64,000 bases of DNA. It comes from Candidatus Poribacteria bacterium. GTDB lineage: Bacteria; Poribacteria; WGA-4E; WGA-3G. A program made the translations under genes and the position numbers. Position 1 is the first letter of the stretch, and every line of letters starts with the position of its first letter. Positions 61,297-64,000 of this stretch are shown one piece after another. Below the pieces are notes generated by a model. The model made no database searches, was not told the origin of the DNA, and worked only from the letters and a program-made list of their open reading frames with translations. The stretch is from NCBI GenBank assembly GCA_965198235.1, contig OZ240248.1:1248001-1312000 (forward strand), read 5' to 3'.

Positions 61297-61476
61297 TTAG
61301 ATGGCTGGCAATTTTTTAATTTATGGGCCTTTGAACTGCTCCCCATTTCATTACGGGCAGGTTTTCAGTACGATCCACACGGGTCAGGTTCGCTGAACCC
61401 CTTTCGTACTTAACCAGAAACCACCGCGTAACGTAGTGGAGCGGTGCCCAGGGCCCCATAATTAAAAAAATCGGCT

Positions 61477-61905
61477 TCAATTCTTGCTATCAATGTCTAC
61501 ACCGGGCCACTGGTCGTCTTGTTCGGTAATATCAACGACGATCCCATCCGGGTCTTCCACTTTGAATGCTACTGAAGGCGGTTCGTCCGAATTCGGGTTG
61601 TAAGGTTTGTTACCGTCTAATCCTTCCCAGGTGATTTCAAAACCGAGGTCTTCACATCGCTGTGCCGCTTCCCCCAAGTTCGGGACGCGAACGCCGATGT
61701 GGAGGTAGTCTAACATCCCGCCGACATGTTTCGGACGTTCGGGACCCCCGTGCTGAAACACACGGAAGTTGTGATAGCCGTCCGTGAGATCGTAGCATCC
61801 ATTCATCGTTGAGAAAACCCGCAATCCGAGCGCATCGCGCCAGAAGCGGATGCTCTTCTCCAGGTCAGTCGTGCGGACACCAATGTGTACAAGTGTTGTT
61901 GACAT
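61477..61905 (-). CDS. VOC/glyoxalase family protein
   Basis: HIG-x-x-x-x-DLEKS-x-x-FW-x-x-x-LG, HIG-x-x-V, DPDG-x-x-V-D. Confidence 0.85.
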   Translation of the reverse strand: MSTTLVHIGVRTTDLEKSIRFWRDALGLRVFSTMNGCYDLTDGYHNFRVFQHGGPERPKHVGGMLDYLHIGVRVPNLGEAAQRCEDLGFEITWEGLDGNKPYNPNSDEPPSVAFKVEDPDGIVVDITEQDDQWPGVDIDSKN

Positions 61906-62020
61906 AGGAAATCTCCTTGTAAAAATATCATATCAGAAAGTTACAAACCCAGTACAAACTTGACCAAAAACCTGCCTGAAACGTAGTGGAAGGCAGACCA
62001 GAAACTTAATAATTAAAAAA

Positions 62021-62809
62021 TTAGATCCAGACAGTCGGTTCTCGGTTTTCTGCGCGATGCTCATAGAGCAATTTGACATCATCCGGTAACTTATCAAACG
62101 TTTCGCTGGGAATCGTGGCGGTATTCGCACCAAAAAGTTCTAAATTCAACCACCACGGCGCGTATCTGATGACAACCGCAGTCCGTTTACCGGCACTCGG
62201 GTTTTCTGCGTTGGAGTGCCAAATCCGGCTGTCCATGATGAGTACACTGCCCGCACTTCCAATGGCTTGCATTTCCCCGTCAATTGGAGCCCGGTCACCA
62301 ATGCCGTCTGCTTTGCCTCTGGGGTTCCGAAGGTCCACATGCGTCTTCGGAACAATCCAGGTCCCTCCGTTTTCTGTTGTGAACTCGGAAAGCATCCAGA
62401 GGGTAGTGATACCGATGACAGCACTCGGAAACGGCTGTGGAATGTGCCACTTCTGGTTCAGATCGTATGGAAAATCGGAGTGGTATGCACGCATCAATTC
62501 GTAATGTGGAGGACGGATCTTATACTCAGTCTGTGAAATACGTACTTGTGGCCCGAGTAACTGTTGGATAGTGGTGAGGAGCCGCTCGTTCGCGAGGTGC
62601 GCGGCGAATTTTGGCATGAAACTGATGACGTTACGTCCCCATACACCGTGCTCTTTTCTGAATTCATTATAGTCGGCTTCAGAGGTTTCGACCTCTTCGC
62701 GAACCTCATCAACCACATCGGCGGGTACAACGTTCTCTAAGACGCACCAGCCCTCTTCTCGTAGTTGCGTAACGTGAGGTTCAATTGTTTCTAATAGATT
62801 GTCTGACAT
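62021..62809 (-). CDS. PhyH family dioxygenase
   Basis: EG-x-x-VLE, HSD, WMLS-x-FT-x-ENGGT-x-x-VP-x-TH, GS-x-x-x-x-DSR-x-WH. Confidence 0.85.
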   Translation of the reverse strand: MSDNLLETIEPHVTQLREEGWCVLENVVPADVVDEVREEVETSEADYNEFRKEHGVWGRNVISFMPKFAAHLANERLLTTIQQLLGPQVRISQTEYKIRPPHYELMRAYHSDFPYDLNQKWHIPQPFPSAVIGITTLWMLSEFTTENGGTWIVPKTHVDLRNPRGKADGIGDRAPIDGEMQAIGSAGSVLIMDSRIWHSNAENPSAGKRTAVVIRYAPWWLNLELFGANTATIPSETFDKLPDDVKLLYEHRAENREPTVWI

Positions 62810-62826
62810 TGACGCCTCCTGAAATC

Positions 62827-63225
62827 TTAGGAATTGAAACCTGTTTCTCGCTCGCGGTTGTAACGGACTGCTGCCTTGATGAGCGGTGCGAGCCGCATCA
62901 CCTTACCAAGGGAACCGATGATGCCGATCTCGCGTGTCGTTATCGCTCCCATAACGTTGAGTTTGCCTGTCCAAAATTTGTAGGCGACGTCACCCGTCAT
63001 AGTAAGTTCAACATCTGGGGGAGTGTCGTCACAGGTGCCGCGGGCAACGGTATATTCGCCATTTGCTGCCGTTAAGGTCATCTGGCAATCGGGCGCGCTG
63101 TAGTTAAATTGAACGCTCAGCGTCAGCGACTTCAGTGCCTCTTTCGCTTCCGGTAGCGTAGCGATTTCTTCAAACAGTTCACTGATGTAACTATAGAGCT
63201 GATCGGGTGTTTCAAATATAACCAT
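62827..63225 (-). CDS. SCP2 sterol/lipid-binding domain protein
   Basis: PDV-x-L-x-M...FW-x-GKLN-x-x-x-A-x-x-x-x-x-I-x-x-x-G. Confidence 0.7.
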   Translation of the reverse strand: MVIFETPDQLYSYISELFEEIATLPEAKEALKSLTLSVQFNYSAPDCQMTLTAANGEYTVARGTCDDTPPDVELTMTGDVAYKFWTGKLNVMGAITTREIGIIGSLGKVMRLAPLIKAAVRYNRERETGFNS

Positions 63226-63273
63226 AGTTTGCGGTATAGCATACTGTACAACAAATTGGAAGTCAAATAAAAA

Positions 63274-63861
63274 ATGAAAATGAATCCATCTAAACTATTT
63301 CGTGAAGAAATCTCCAAGGAGATATCTTTTGATGCGCAATCTTACGAAAATGCTCGAAATTACTTTGCTTCTCGGACTATTGCCTACGAGTCTCCGATGG
63401 GATGTATGGGCATAGTCGCGGCAGATCAGGAGAGTATTTCGCATGTTTTCTTTACCGATGATTTTCCATTCCGTGAACCATCACCTATCCACATGCAATA
63501 TCCTGTACTGACTTATGCTCAGGAACTGCTCGACCGATATTTCGCTGGTGAGCCGCTTGAGGTCTCTGCAGTTCCGATCCGAGTAGACTGGGGGACAGAC
63601 TTTCAGAACAGGGTGTGGGAGACTATTCGTCAGATTCCTTATGGAGAGGTGCGTAGCTACAAGTGGATCGCAGAACAGGTAGGAAGACCAAAGGCAGTTC
63701 GGGCTGTCGGCAGCGCGGTTGGGGCAAATGCCGCAGTTATTCTCAATCCGTGTCATCGTGTCATTAGAAGCAATGGCGCGTTGGGAGGCTACGGTGGCGG
63801 TCTGGAACGGAAACTTCAGTTGTTAGCACTTGAAGGTTATCCTATCAAACAATTAAAATAA
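63274..63861 (+). CDS. ogt: Methylated-DNA--protein-cysteine methyltransferase
   Basis: GT-x-FQ-x-x-VW, IPYGE-x-x-SY, RAVG-x-A, PCHRV, LL-x-x-EG. Confidence 0.93.
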   Translation: MKMNPSKLFREEISKEISFDAQSYENARNYFASRTIAYESPMGCMGIVAADQESISHVFFTDDFPFREPSPIHMQYPVLTYAQELLDRYFAGEPLEVSAVPIRVDWGTDFQNRVWETIRQIPYGEVRSYKWIAEQVGRPKAVRAVGSAVGANAAVILNPCHRVIRSNGALGGYGGGLERKLQLLALEGYPIKQLK

Positions 63862-63914
63862 GTGCCTTTCTTTTGCAAGTGCTTCCAGCACAAAAACCTC
63901 CGAGGAGTTTTTTT

Positions 63915-64000
63915 ATGACATCTCAGAAAAATTTAGGTAAAGCCACCCAAGCCATCCATGCGGGCGAGGCACGGGCATCCTCCACTGAGAAAACTGGGGT
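63915..64000 (+). CDS. N-terminus of a probable Cys/Met metabolism PLP-dependent enzyme (runs off the window)
   Basis: GAGGAG RBS, MTSQKNLGKATQAIHAGE (T-x-x-IHAG motif). Confidence 0.55.
   Translation, partial: MTSQKNLGKATQAIHAGEARASSTEKTG

Overview
Bacterial chromosome segment, most consistent with Candidatus Poribacteria. This is an inference from the divergent 16S, three PhyH dioxygenases, a LamG protein, a shared C-terminal 'V.P..[KH]L..TWG.[IV]K' motif and the DUF1501/PSCyt genes. Contents in order: a 16S rRNA gene with no linked 23S and a separately promoted tRNA-Ile; an alternating array of ABC-2 permease paralogues; a PSCyt/DUF1501 pair; housekeeping genes (class IV aminotransferase, hisF, murJ, thiD, thiE, rsmB, rpsT); an AT-rich defence island (33.4-47.9 kb) between an IS630 and an IS701 element; and a carbohydrate/PhyH-rich region. 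Three results stand out. (1) Two adjacent ORFs (17793-19349, minus strand) are one gene read through an in-frame UGA followed by a SECIS-like hairpin, and it looks like a bacterial homologue of eukaryotic selenoprotein N. (2) A secreted LamG protein also has an in-frame UGA plus a SECIS-like hairpin (49341-50153). (3) A double CBASS operon carries two dissimilar CD-NTases that share a P-x-K-x-YAR tail, each followed by an E2-like/SEC-C protein, together with HNH-SAVED and patatin effectors, a terminal HExxH protein and a divergent fused CapH-CapP-like regulator. One cyclase is interrupted by an IS3 element. All family assignments come from motif recognition by eye; no searches were run.
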